The position numbers were made by a program, and so were the translations under genes. The notes beneath the pieces are model-generated. The model was not told where the DNA came from, ran no database searches, and saw only the letters and a program-made list of their open reading frames with translations. Shown piece by piece: positions 37,658-46,980 of a stretch of 64,000 bases of DNA. The DNA lies in contig CAUZON010000014.1 in the NCBI GenBank assembly GCA_963581445.1, forward strand, positions 3,672 through 67,671. The letters are read 5' to 3'. Every line of letters starts with the position of its first letter. Within the stretch, counting starts at the first letter, position 1. The DNA comes from Gammaproteobacteria bacterium (lineage in GTDB: Bacteria; Pseudomonadota; Gammaproteobacteria; Pseudomonadales; Azotimanducaceae).

Positions 37658-38275
37658 ATGAAGCTACATGAAGCCCCTTCTCCTAACGCCCGCAGAGTCC
37701 ACATCTTTATGTCTGAACTGGGTATTGAATGTGAGCGCGTTGCGGTAGATATTCGCGCAGCGGAAAATTTGTCAGCTGAGTTTTTGGCGAAGAATCCGGG
37801 TGGGCGAGTGCCAGTTTTAGAGTTAGATGACGGCACCTTTATTGGTGAGTCCGTAGCTATTTGCCGCTACTTAGATTCCATTGCTGCGAACTCGACGGCC
37901 CCCAGTATGTTTGGCCATGATGGTGTAAGCGCGGCGCAAATCGAAATGTGGCAGCGTCGTGTTGAGTTTAATTTTCTGCTCGAAGTGGCGGGAGCGTTTC
38001 GCAACATTACGGCATTTTTTAAGGACCGCGAAACTTGTGTGAAAGAGTGGGGCGAGGTTTGTGCAGAGCGAGCGCCTAAGGCGTTGGCTGTGTTTGACGC
38101 GCAGTTGGCGCAGCACGAATATTTGGCGGGCGAACACTTTTCTATTGCCGACATAACCTTAGGTATCAGTATTGATTTTGCCAAGATGGTTAAGGTAGTG
38201 GAATTGCCAGAACTGCCAAACCTTACTCGCTGGAAAACGCAGATAGATGCTAGAGCCAGTTTTAGCGCCCAGTAA
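37658..38275 (+). CDS. glutathione S-transferase
   Basis: Thioredoxin-like N-domain (SPNARRVHIFMSELG, GRVPVLELDDGTFIGESVAICRYL) and helical C-domain. ATG 37658 has an AAGGAAA RBS. Confidence 0.88.
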   Translation: MKLHEAPSPNARRVHIFMSELGIECERVAVDIRAAENLSAEFLAKNPGGRVPVLELDDGTFIGESVAICRYLDSIAANSTAPSMFGHDGVSAAQIEMWQRRVEFNFLLEVAGAFRNITAFFKDRETCVKEWGEVCAERAPKALAVFDAQLAQHEYLAGEHFSIADITLGISIDFAKMVKVVELPELPNLTRWKTQIDARASFSAQ

Positions 38276-38335
38276 TTTCCACTGTGTTTGAGTCGCAAAG
38301 CCGGGCTATTCCTAACCCAGCGTAGGCGCTCAAAG

Positions 38336-38962
38336 CTAGTCGAATAAAACTTTCGCTAGCTTGCCTGCTCTCGCTGCAAACGCTGTTTCAATATCATCGA
38401 GATTTACGCGCCCTGTAGACTGGGGCGGCAGAGCATCTAGCGCAAAAAATTGAGCAGCGGAGACTTCCATGCCCGGCGTCGCTATTATGCTTTTATCTAC
38501 TTGCCCACATAAGAAAAATAGTTTGTAGAAATCTCTAATGTCGGGGTCATAGTCATGTTGGGCTTTGTGTTTTATGGCATATAAGCTTGTAACGGCGACA
38601 TCAATTTGCGCTTCTTCGCTGATTTCTTTCTTGATGTTTTGTGATGCGGAAAGCCCGCTGCCAGCATAGCCGCCTGGTAGCGCCCATAAGCCGTCAGTTT
38701 TTTCTTTCACTAATAAGATTTTATTGTTTTTCAGGACTGCGCCACGTACGTCTACTTTGGGTGTCGCATAGCCGTTACCCAAGTCGCCCAGCAAATTTTC
38801 AATTCGCTCAATGGGTACATTGCCCAAATCTGCGAGCATCTTATTGCCAATATCAGCAAGTTCTTGGTAACGCTCTTTGTCAAAGTCATCTGTCGCAAAG
38901 GTCATGCCGGTGTCGGCAATGCTTTGAATCCTCTTTGCATAGGTAAGCCAGCTAGATTCCAC
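38336..38962 (-). CDS. NUDIX hydrolase with N-terminal helical domain
   Basis: Nudix box GGYAGSGLSASQNIKKEISEEAQI, preceded by WLTYAKRIQSIADTGMTF N-terminal domain. Confidence 0.85.
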   Translation of the reverse strand: MESSWLTYAKRIQSIADTGMTFATDDFDKERYQELADIGNKMLADLGNVPIERIENLLGDLGNGYATPKVDVRGAVLKNNKILLVKEKTDGLWALPGGYAGSGLSASQNIKKEISEEAQIDVAVTSLYAIKHKAQHDYDPDIRDFYKLFFLCGQVDKSIIATPGMEVSAAQFFALDALPPQSTGRVNLDDIETAFAARAGKLAKVLFD

Positions 38963-39195
38963 TAAGAACCTCCTTTCGATTGTTTTTAATGCGCTTTTAT
39001 AAGGAGCGCGGAAAAACTTATATAACTCTTTTAGTGGTGATACTCCAAATATGTACTTGAGTCCGAAAGCAACTACTTCTCAGCGGAATTTTGTATACCG
39101 AAAGTTAATTTTTTACTACAAGGTGCGGTAAGTAAAAACAGCGACGCAATTTCAATAGTGTCGAGTTTAGGACTAATTACCTTGGAAAAAAATGC

Positions 39196-40839
39196 ATGAA
39201 GGCTTCTGATTTAATGGTTAAGTGTTTGGAGGCGGAAGGCGTTGAGCTTATTTTTGGCGTGCCTGGTGAAGAAAATGCTGATTTTATGATGAGTTTAGAA
39301 AAATCTGCGAGCATTCGATTTGTGCTCACCCGACATGAACAGCGTGCTGCATTTATAGCAGAAATATACGGTCGTCTTACCGGCGCGCCGGCTGCGTGCC
39401 TAGGCACTCTTAGTCCTGGGGCCACCAATCTGATTACCGGCGTTGCTGATGCCAATATGGATCGAGCGCCAATGTTAGTTCTCACCGGCCAAGGCAGTAC
39501 CAAGCGCCTGCATAAAGAGTCTCATAAGATTATGGACGTGGTAAAGATGTTCGAGCCGGTAATGAAATGGGCGACAACTATTATTCATGCTGACAACATT
39601 CGGGAAATTGGGCAAAGCTGTGCGTATTGCGCGCAGCGAAAAGCCCGGCGCAGTACTCATTGAGTTGCCAGAAAACATTGCCGAAGACGATACCCTCGCT
39701 TTGCCAATGCTGCCCATCCGATTTCGGCGTTCCCAAGCCCATAGCGAGACCATTGTGGATGCGGCAGCAAAAATTTGCGCTGTAAACCGCCCAGTTATTT
39801 TGGCCGGTAATGGCTGCGTAAGAAAAAGAGGCGCAGGAATATTGCGCGAACTGGCAGCAGTTACAGGTATTGGTGTACTCAATATTTTTATTGCGAAAGG
39901 TGCGCTCCCAACTGACCCTGAGCAATCTTTGTACACCATCGGCCTCGGTTCAAAAGACATTGGTACTTATGCCATTGATGCGGCGGATTTAGTCATTTGT
40001 ATTGGTTTTGATATGGTGGAGTACCATCCTAGCCTTTGGAATGCGGCGGGGGAGAAAAAAATCATTCATATCGATTTTACTCCTGCGGAAATAGACAGTG
40101 ACTACCACCCGGAGCTGGAGTTGGTTGGTGATCTTGCTGACACCTTAGAAGCCTTGGTATTTGAGTTAAAAAATCTCCGAGTTTTGATTTTGATCTCAGC
40201 CAGCAAGCGTTAACGCGTAAAGAAATGGCCACTGAATTTGACCTTTATCGCAATGACGTAACTCAAGGCCTTATCAAACCGCAGAAAGCATTAGCCGACG
40301 TGCAACAGATCTACGCTAAAGATGGTTTGTTATTTTCTGACGTGGGCGTCCACAAAATGTGGATAGCCCGCTATTATCACTGTGATATTCCCAATGGCTG
40401 TCTTATTCCTAACGGATTCTGTTCAATGGGTTTTGCTTTGCCAGGGGCCATTGCGGCAAGCCTGGTGGAGCCTGAGCGTAAAATTATCGGCATTGCGGGC
40501 GACGCTGTATTTTTGATGAACGTGCAGGAAATGGAAACGGCCACGCGTCTGAACAGTAATATTACGATGATGATTTGGGAAGACAATGCCTACGGGCTAA
40601 TAGCCTGGAAACAATGGGCGCAATTTGGTCGGCATACAGATTTGTCCTTCAATAATCCTGATTGGTCATTGCTGGCGGCCACTTTTAGCTGGGACTATAA
40701 ATATGTCGATGACAGTCGACTGCTGCTTGATGCGCTGGTTGAGGCATCTCAGCACAATGGTTTTAGCCTTATTGTGATACCAATAGACTACAACGAGAAT
40801 CAACTTCTAACCCACCGATTAGGTGAAATGAACGGATAG
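39196..40839 (+). pseudogene. ThDP-dependent acetolactate-synthase-like enzyme, split by two frameshifts
   Basis: Three track ORFs (39196.., 39587.., 40225..) together form one ThDP enzyme: an N-terminal Pyr domain, a middle domain, and a C-terminal PP domain with GIAGDAVFLMNVQEMETA. The frame changes near A3 at 39605..39607 and at A6 at 40168..40173. Confidence 0.8.
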
Positions 40840-40891
40840 CTATAGAGTCTAGCTGCTACAGAACGAATGAATCAGTAGGAGAATAATAACA

Positions 40892-42418
40892 ATGGATCAT
40901 TTACAAGAACTAGCTCAAACGGTAATACAATGGGGCGCATTGCTGCTACTGTTTTTTGTCGGCGTCGGGGCGCTTTGGATATTCGTCATATACCTTGTTG
41001 ATAAGACGCAAAAGATCCACACAATTCGCCGTAACTATCCAGTCATTGGGCGTCTGCGTTACGTGTTTGAGCATTTTGGCGAGTTTTTTCGCCAGTACTT
41101 TTTTGCTATGGATCGTGAAGAGTTGCCGTTTAATAGAGCGGAGCGATCTTGGGTATACCGGGCGGCAAAAAATGTAGATACAACCATCGCCTTTGGTTCC
41201 ACCCGTCCGTTAGATCAGCCCGGAGATGTGATCTTTCTTAATAGCGCCTTTCCTGTGCTTTCTCAAGACAGTGCCGATGCTGGTGCCATAACTCTAGGGC
41301 AGGGCAGTTGCAAGCAGCCTTATACCACTGAATCAGTGATCAATATTTCGGGCATGAGTTTTGGCGCTATTTCAAAGCCTGCTGTACGCGCTTTATCGAA
41401 AGGCGCGGCGGCGGCGGGTATCTGGATGAATACCGGTGAAGGTGGCCTTTCGTCTTACCATTTAGAAGGTGGTTGTGATTTGGTCTTTCAAATTGGTACA
41501 GCCAAATACGGCGTTCGCGCTGCTGAGGGTGAGCTAGATTTAGTTAAGTTAGCGGCTGTTGCCGCGCACCCACAAGTAAAGATGTTTGAAATAAAAATGA
41601 GCCAGGGTGCGAAGCCCGGCAAGGGTGGTATTTTGCCCGGCAGCAAGGTGACAGAAAAAATTGCAGAAATTCGTGGCATAACTGTGGGTCAAGATTCTAT
41701 AAGTCCAAATGGGCATGAAGACATTAGGTCGGTAAACGACTTGCTCGACATGATTGAGAACGTCCGTGAGATTACGGGTAAGCCGGTTGGATTCAAAATA
41801 GTGGTTGGTCAAATAGAATTCTTTGATGAACTGTTTGATGAAATTAATCAGCGTGGGGTACTCAGTGCACCGGACTTTATTACCCTTGATAGCGCTGATG
41901 GCGGTACGGGCGCTGCTCCGCAGCCGCTGATGGACTATGTCGGTTTGGCGCTGCGTGAAAGCCTGCCGATGATTGTTGATAAGTTAGTCGAGTATGGGTT
42001 GCGTGATCGAATTAAAGTTATTGCCTCCGGCAAACTAATTACTCCGGGAAAAGTCGCTTGGGCATTGGCCTGCGGTGCCGACATTGTTACTTCGGCGCGG
42101 GGTTTTATGTTTGCGCTGGGGTGCATTCAAGCACTTCAATGCAACAAGAATACTTGCCCCACTGGTATTACCACGCACCAAAAGGAATTACAGCGTGGCT
42201 TAGTGCCAGCCGAAAAATCTTTGCGAGTGGCTAGTTTTGCTCAACAAATTGTTTACGACGTAGGCGTTATTGCGCATTCGTGTGGGGTTTCCCAACCACG
42301 CGAGTTAGAGCGCCACCACGTGCGTGTTATAGAGTCTGGTGGCCTTTCTGTATCTTTGGCGGAGCAGTACCCAACACCTGTGGTTAGCCAAAAAATAAGC
42401 TTGCCACCGTCAGTTTAG
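40892..42418 (+). CDS. FMN-binding glutamate-synthase-domain family protein
   Basis: N-terminal TM helix followed by a GltB FMN-domain-like core (ISGMSFGAIS, KMSQGAKPGKGGILPG, DSADGGTGAAP). Confidence 0.88.
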   Translation: MDHLQELAQTVIQWGALLLLFFVGVGALWIFVIYLVDKTQKIHTIRRNYPVIGRLRYVFEHFGEFFRQYFFAMDREELPFNRAERSWVYRAAKNVDTTIAFGSTRPLDQPGDVIFLNSAFPVLSQDSADAGAITLGQGSCKQPYTTESVINISGMSFGAISKPAVRALSKGAAAAGIWMNTGEGGLSSYHLEGGCDLVFQIGTAKYGVRAAEGELDLVKLAAVAAHPQVKMFEIKMSQGAKPGKGGILPGSKVTEKIAEIRGITVGQDSISPNGHEDIRSVNDLLDMIENVREITGKPVGFKIVVGQIEFFDELFDEINQRGVLSAPDFITLDSADGGTGAAPQPLMDYVGLALRESLPMIVDKLVEYGLRDRIKVIASGKLITPGKVAWALACGADIVTSARGFMFALGCIQALQCNKNTCPTGITTHQKELQRGLVPAEKSLRVASFAQQIVYDVGVIAHSCGVSQPRELERHHVRVIESGGLSVSLAEQYPTPVVSQKISLPPSV

Positions 42419-42537
42419 GTCGAATGGTAACTATACGAAATTTAGTAGCCCGGGTTTTGTTAGCCAATTTTTTAAAAGTGGTTTTTTACCAGTAGGGTTT
42501 TGCAGGCAGGTTTTACAAGTTAAAGAAAGACTGAGCA

Positions 42538-43778
42538 ATGATAAGCACAATTATGGGTCAGGTTTTAGCAATCAGCGGGTTGGCCGTGGTGGGTTTGTTG
42601 ATGCAACGGTTGCTGCGTATTGAGCTTACCTTGGCATGTTTATTGGTCGGTTTTCTTGCTGGATTGGGTTTGGAATTTACTGGTTTTGACACCGGGATAA
42701 GAGCCAGCAACTTACACGAGCTTGTTTTTTTGTGATTTTGCCAGTACTCATCTTTGAAGCGGCTTGGGAGCTTAACCCAGGCTTACTTAAAAAGTTGTTG
42801 CTGCCCATTTTATTGATGGCTACGTTGGGGGGGTTGCTGTGTACTTTTATCATCGCTGGATTGGTCTATTTAGGTATTGGTCACGCAGAAGGGTTCCCTT
42901 GGGTGGCTGCACTTTTGACTGGCACTATTCTGGCAGCGACAGACCCTGTGGCGGTTATTGCACAATTACGCAGCGCTAAGGTATCTGCGGATCTCACCAA
43001 AATATTCGAGGGCGAAAGTCTGTTTAACGACGCGACTGCCGTAGTGCTATTCAGTATTGTCATTGGCTTGGCTACTAATAGCGTAGAGGCTGGCGATAGT
43101 TATCTGGCGTTCTTCTCATTGGTCGCTGTTGGCGGTTTAGTGTTTGGCGCCATTGCTGGATTGGTGGTCAGCGCCGTTGTATTGCTTGTGGGTTCGTCCA
43201 TAGCCAGCCGTTTTATATTGGTCTTTTCGGCCTTTGCGAGTTTTATTGTGGCGGAGCATGTGTTGCACATCTCGGGTATCTTGGCAGTGATGATGACAGC
43301 CATTGTTTCTCGTTTTACTTTGCGAGAAGTAGAGACCACCGTTGCTGAAGGTATCGCCGGCACATTGGAGTGGTTGGGTATATACTTTAATCGTATTTTG
43401 TTCGCCATTATGGGGCTTGTGGTTACGTTAGCCATGTTCCGTGATCAAAGGGTGGCTATGCTAGTTGCCATTGCCGCAGCGATTATTGCTCGAGTAGTTG
43501 CCGTTGGCGTTAGTTGTTTGTGCGCCCGTCCTCTCAGTACGCCTATTTCATTAGCGTGGCAGGGGTTACTGGTTTGGGGTGGTTTGCGCGGCGCTATAGC
43601 TATTGCGTTGGTGCTGGCCCTACCAACAAGCTTACCTTATTGGTGGACAATACAGTCGATGGTATTTGGCGTGGTGCTGTTCAGCCTGCTTGTACAGGGC
43701 ACGACTAACCCTTACCTGCTCGCGCGGGTTGTCGGCTCGCCGCTAACAACCTCTACTAATACCTCAGAGGGCGACTAA
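42538..43778 (+). pseudogene. CPA1-family Na+/H+ antiporter interrupted by a -1 frameshift in a T7 run
   Basis: Track ORFs 42538..42735 and 42732..43778 join as ...NLHELVF(F/L)VILPVLIFEAAW... across TTTTTTT 42725..42731. This could be a sequencing error rather than true decay. Confidence 0.7.
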
Positions 43779-43793
43779 AACCCCCTAATCTAT

Positions 43794-46046
43794 TTAGTAC
43801 AACGTTATGTTTAAGGTCCGATAACCAGCCGCTTCTATTGCCGCTTTAACCGGCCCGGTGCTGTCCGGGCATAGGGCGATCATGGATCCACCACCACCAC
43901 CACCGGTGAGTTTTGCACCCACTGCGCCATTTTGCCGCGCAACGTGAATCATTTCTTCTAGCTCAGGCGTGGAAAGTTGCAATGCATTGAGATAGCCGTG
44001 ACACAAATTCATCAGTTCGCCTAACTCATTCAGTTGCCCGCTTTTGACTGCGTCGCTTGCGGACATAGTGAGATGCCCGATCTGATCAAAAATGGTTTCG
44101 TAACGCCCCGGATATTGTTGCCATGAGGCTCTTACCCTGGCTACTGTGTCCGCGGTTAGGCTCTCTTTACCGGTCATGCCAATAACTAATTCTAGCGGTT
44201 GGCCAATTTTTAAAGTGCTGAATAACGGTTGCTCGTCGCGGCGCTGGTAATACAGTGGCGAGCCATAAGTGGCCACGGTGTTGTCCACACCGGAAGGTGT
44301 GCCGTGAGCGGCTTTTTCGCACTCAAAGGCCAATTCATTAATGCGCCCATCTTTGAGATCTAGTCTATAAGCGTGGTCGATGGCACGGATAATCGCCACA
44401 GCCAATGCCGAAGATCCACCTAGTCCCATTGCTCTGGGGATATGTGGGAAGACCTCGATGGTCATATCTTCTTTATCGAGGCCAAGCTGCTCTAGCAGCT
44501 GCGCGATAATGCCGGTAAAGCCGGGGTTAGTGACGCGCACTTTTTGCTCAACACCCCAGCGCGGAATGACTACATTGATACCGTCGCCACCTTTGCGAAT
44601 AGCGGCTTCCACAGCCAAGGGAATTGGTAGGGCGATAGCCGGTCTGCCATAAACCACGGCGTGTTCGCCAAGCAAAATGATTTTGCCGCAAGCGGCTTGG
44701 CGCTCGGCAACGTCAGGTTGGACGATTTTGCGCGCTAGATTTTTGGCTATCTCTTGGGCTTTCCAGACTTTAATTTCGCCCGATTCAATAAGGCTTTCTA
44801 CCACGGTTTCAAAGTGTTCGTCTGAAACGCCTGCAGAACTAGCCACGCTGCGGGCATGCAAATTCATATGGTTTTGCTGTATGCCGTCGGTGGAAAGTGA
44901 GCGTAGGGCGGCAAAGTTTTGTGCCAAGCCAATTGCCGCCATAATACCTGCCAGTTCCGACGCGTTGGGTGAGCCCAGCAGTCTATGATTGATTCTTACG
45001 CTAGGGTTGGTCTCTAACGACCCGCCTACAGTGCCTACTTTCATTGGGATAGCTATTTCACCAACCAAATAGCCGGGCTCGTCTTTGTGCCAAACAGTTA
45101 ACGCTTTATAACGCCCGCTTGCTGCTGCATAAGCATGGGCAGCAGCTTCAATGGCGCGCCAGTCGTTACCCGTGGCAATAGCCACAGCGTCTACGCCGTT
45201 CATAATGCCTTTGTTATGGGTTGCTGCACGGTAGGGATCGGCCAGTGCTAAGTCGTTAGCGAGGACTATGCCGTCTCTGACTTCTTCGCCCGTGTAGCCT
45301 TTACCTTCCAAATTTTGGATAGGTATGCGCACCTTCGCTCGAGCCACTGCGCGATCTGTAAGGTTAGATAAAATGCGTAAGAAAACTTTACCGCCTGTAA
45401 GGGTTTCGGCTAGTGAGGCAACGCCCTCGCACATGGTGTTAACCAGGTTTGCGCCCATGGCGTCTCGGGTATCTACTAGCAGGTGCATGACCACCATCAG
45501 GCGACCGTCGTGTTCTGCCTTGTAGTCAAATACTTCTATGTCTAGTGCGCCGCCGCCTCGCGCCACCATTTTTGGGTGCAAGCTATTGGCTAGCGCCAGT
45601 ATTTCTTCTTTGTTTTCTAGTAATATAGATTTGGCCGCTTCTGGATCGCCATCTATGACTACCTGTACTTGGCCAATGAGTATGGGAGTTACTTCCTCGG
45701 CAATAAACCCACCGCCCAGGCGTGCTAGGCGTGCCGCGCCGGATAGGCCTGCAACGATAGAAGGCTCTTCTACTACTAGCGGAATAACGTAGTCGCGGTT
45801 GTTAATGAGGAAGTTTAGGGCTACGCCCATGGGCAAACCAAAAACACCGATGACATTTTCTATCATCTTATCGGCCACGTTAAGCTGCACCTGGTGGCTG
45901 CCGGTCGTAAGTTGTTGCACATCCTCCTGGGAAAGCAGGCCGCGCTGATGCAGCGCTGCAATGCGTTGATTGATGTTTAAGCGGAAAAAATTTGGGATCC
46001 GAGAAGATCCCTGTTGGTCTTGTTCAGTCTTTGACTGTGATGCCAT
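43794..46046 (-). CDS. bifunctional class II HMG-CoA reductase / mevalonate kinase fusion protein
   Basis: Residues ~15-437 carry class II HMGR motifs: ENVIG, EEPSIVAG, DAMGANLVN, THNKG, GNDWR. Residues ~451-750 carry GHMP kinase motifs: GKIILLGEHAVVYG, GLGGSSALAVAI, KLTGGGGGGSMIAL. The ORF is a single uninterrupted 750-aa frame. Confidence 0.88.
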   Translation of the reverse strand: MASQSKTEQDQQGSSRIPNFFRLNINQRIAALHQRGLLSQEDVQQLTTGSHQVQLNVADKMIENVIGVFGLPMGVALNFLINNRDYVIPLVVEEPSIVAGLSGAARLARLGGGFIAEEVTPILIGQVQVVIDGDPEAAKSILLENKEEILALANSLHPKMVARGGGALDIEVFDYKAEHDGRLMVVMHLLVDTRDAMGANLVNTMCEGVASLAETLTGGKVFLRILSNLTDRAVARAKVRIPIQNLEGKGYTGEEVRDGIVLANDLALADPYRAATHNKGIMNGVDAVAIATGNDWRAIEAAAHAYAAASGRYKALTVWHKDEPGYLVGEIAIPMKVGTVGGSLETNPSVRINHRLLGSPNASELAGIMAAIGLAQNFAALRSLSTDGIQQNHMNLHARSVASSAGVSDEHFETVVESLIESGEIKVWKAQEIAKNLARKIVQPDVAERQAACGKIILLGEHAVVYGRPAIALPIPLAVEAAIRKGGDGINVVIPRWGVEQKVRVTNPGFTGIIAQLLEQLGLDKEDMTIEVFPHIPRAMGLGGSSALAVAIIRAIDHAYRLDLKDGRINELAFECEKAAHGTPSGVDNTVATYGSPLYYQRRDEQPLFSTLKIGQPLELVIGMTGKESLTADTVARVRASWQQYPGRYETIFDQIGHLTMSASDAVKSGQLNELGELMNLCHGYLNALQLSTPELEEMIHVARQNGAVGAKLTGGGGGGSMIALCPDSTGPVKAAIEAAGYRTLNITLY

Positions 46047-46980
46047 GTTTGGCCATCTCCAAATCTAATAACAAAAAATTTTGATCCGATACCCTACTGC
46101 GAAATTTTTCTAGTGCATCTTTATCTTGGCTCAGCGCTATGCCGATATCGCCGCCACCTGCGCCACAAGGTTTATAGGTGAGGCCTTGTGATACCGCCAG
46201 TTTAACCAAGCTGAGGTGCTCTGTGGTAAAAATATTCAGCTTTGCGCTTTGATCTAGAGCAAAAAGTGCTTTTTGATACTGCTTGAGCAAATCATTGCTG
46301 ATGGGGTGCTCGCACAACAAGCTACTCAGCGCAGATAAATCATCAAGCAGGCCAGAATCATCTGTTTGCCGCCAAGTATCAAAATTTGCTATGTGGTCTG
46401 TGGTTTTGGCACTTTTACCGGTCCAGACCAGCTGCCAATGCAGATCTTCTGGCCATTGGAAGGGTTGGGCGACGCCGTTTTGATACGTTATCACGCCACC
46501 GAACCAAGATGCTGCAACGTCCAAGCCGCTACCTTTGCCGCTTTGCCAGTTGCGATGAATTTGCTGTGCTTCGGCCAATGACGGTTCTTTGTCCAATAAA
46601 TGACAGAGCCCCGCATAGGTGGCGTTACATACCGCGGCTGAGGAACCTAAACCCAATTTTTGGCCAGCAGAAAAAAAATCAGAGCTGTCGGTATGCAGGT
46701 GCATGCCAGCGCATAGCTCGTTGAGGTGTTGTATACCCCAATGCTGCAATACAGCAGTGGTAAATCCGGTGGTAGGGGCAGTGGGTAATGTTTCGTCTTC
46801 TTCATTGACGCTGACGCTGGGGCTGTCAAATCCTGCGCTGCTGAAATGCCATGTTTGGTCGCTGCGCGTTTCTATGCTCACTTGAGCTGTGGCGTTCACT
46901 GCCATGATAGCGGCGGGCGCGCCAGTCAACACGGCATACTCACCCCAAAGAACCGCTTTGCCCGGTGCGGTAAACTTCAC
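46024..46980 (-). CDS. phosphomevalonate kinase (GHMP family)
   Basis: APGKAVLWGEYAVLTG, KLGLGSSAAVCNA, GSGLDVAASWFGG and KPCGAGGGDIGIA motifs. GTG start 46980 overlaps the upstream stop (GTGA). The longer Arg-rich track extension was rejected. Confidence 0.82.
   Translation of the reverse strand: MKFTAPGKAVLWGEYAVLTGAPAAIMAVNATAQVSIETRSDQTWHFSSAGFDSPSVSVNEEDETLPTAPTTGFTTAVLQHWGIQHLNELCAGMHLHTDSSDFFSAGQKLGLGSSAAVCNATYAGLCHLLDKEPSLAEAQQIHRNWQSGKGSGLDVAASWFGGVITYQNGVAQPFQWPEDLHWQLVWTGKSAKTTDHIANFDTWRQTDDSGLLDDLSALSSLLCEHPISNDLLKQYQKALFALDQSAKLNIFTTEHLSLVKLAVSQGLTYKPCGAGGGDIGIALSQDKDALEKFRSRVSDQNFLLLDLEMAKHGITVKD

Noticed and set aside
37867-38298. 143-aa and 88-aa minus-strand ORFs across the GST gene
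   Set aside because: They are shadow ORFs of the GST CDS, with low-complexity sequence and no start context.
39475-39960. 161-aa and 114-aa minus-strand ORFs within the ThDP enzyme locus
   Set aside because: The plus strand carries recognisable ThDP-enzyme domains in all three segments. The antisense ORFs have no motifs.
42733-42735. TGA ending the first antiporter ORF as a possible third selenocysteine codon
   Set aside because: The conserved continuation of the protein is in the -1 frame, not the same frame. The TGA is not at a Cys position of a redox motif. A frameshift in the T7 run explains the split.
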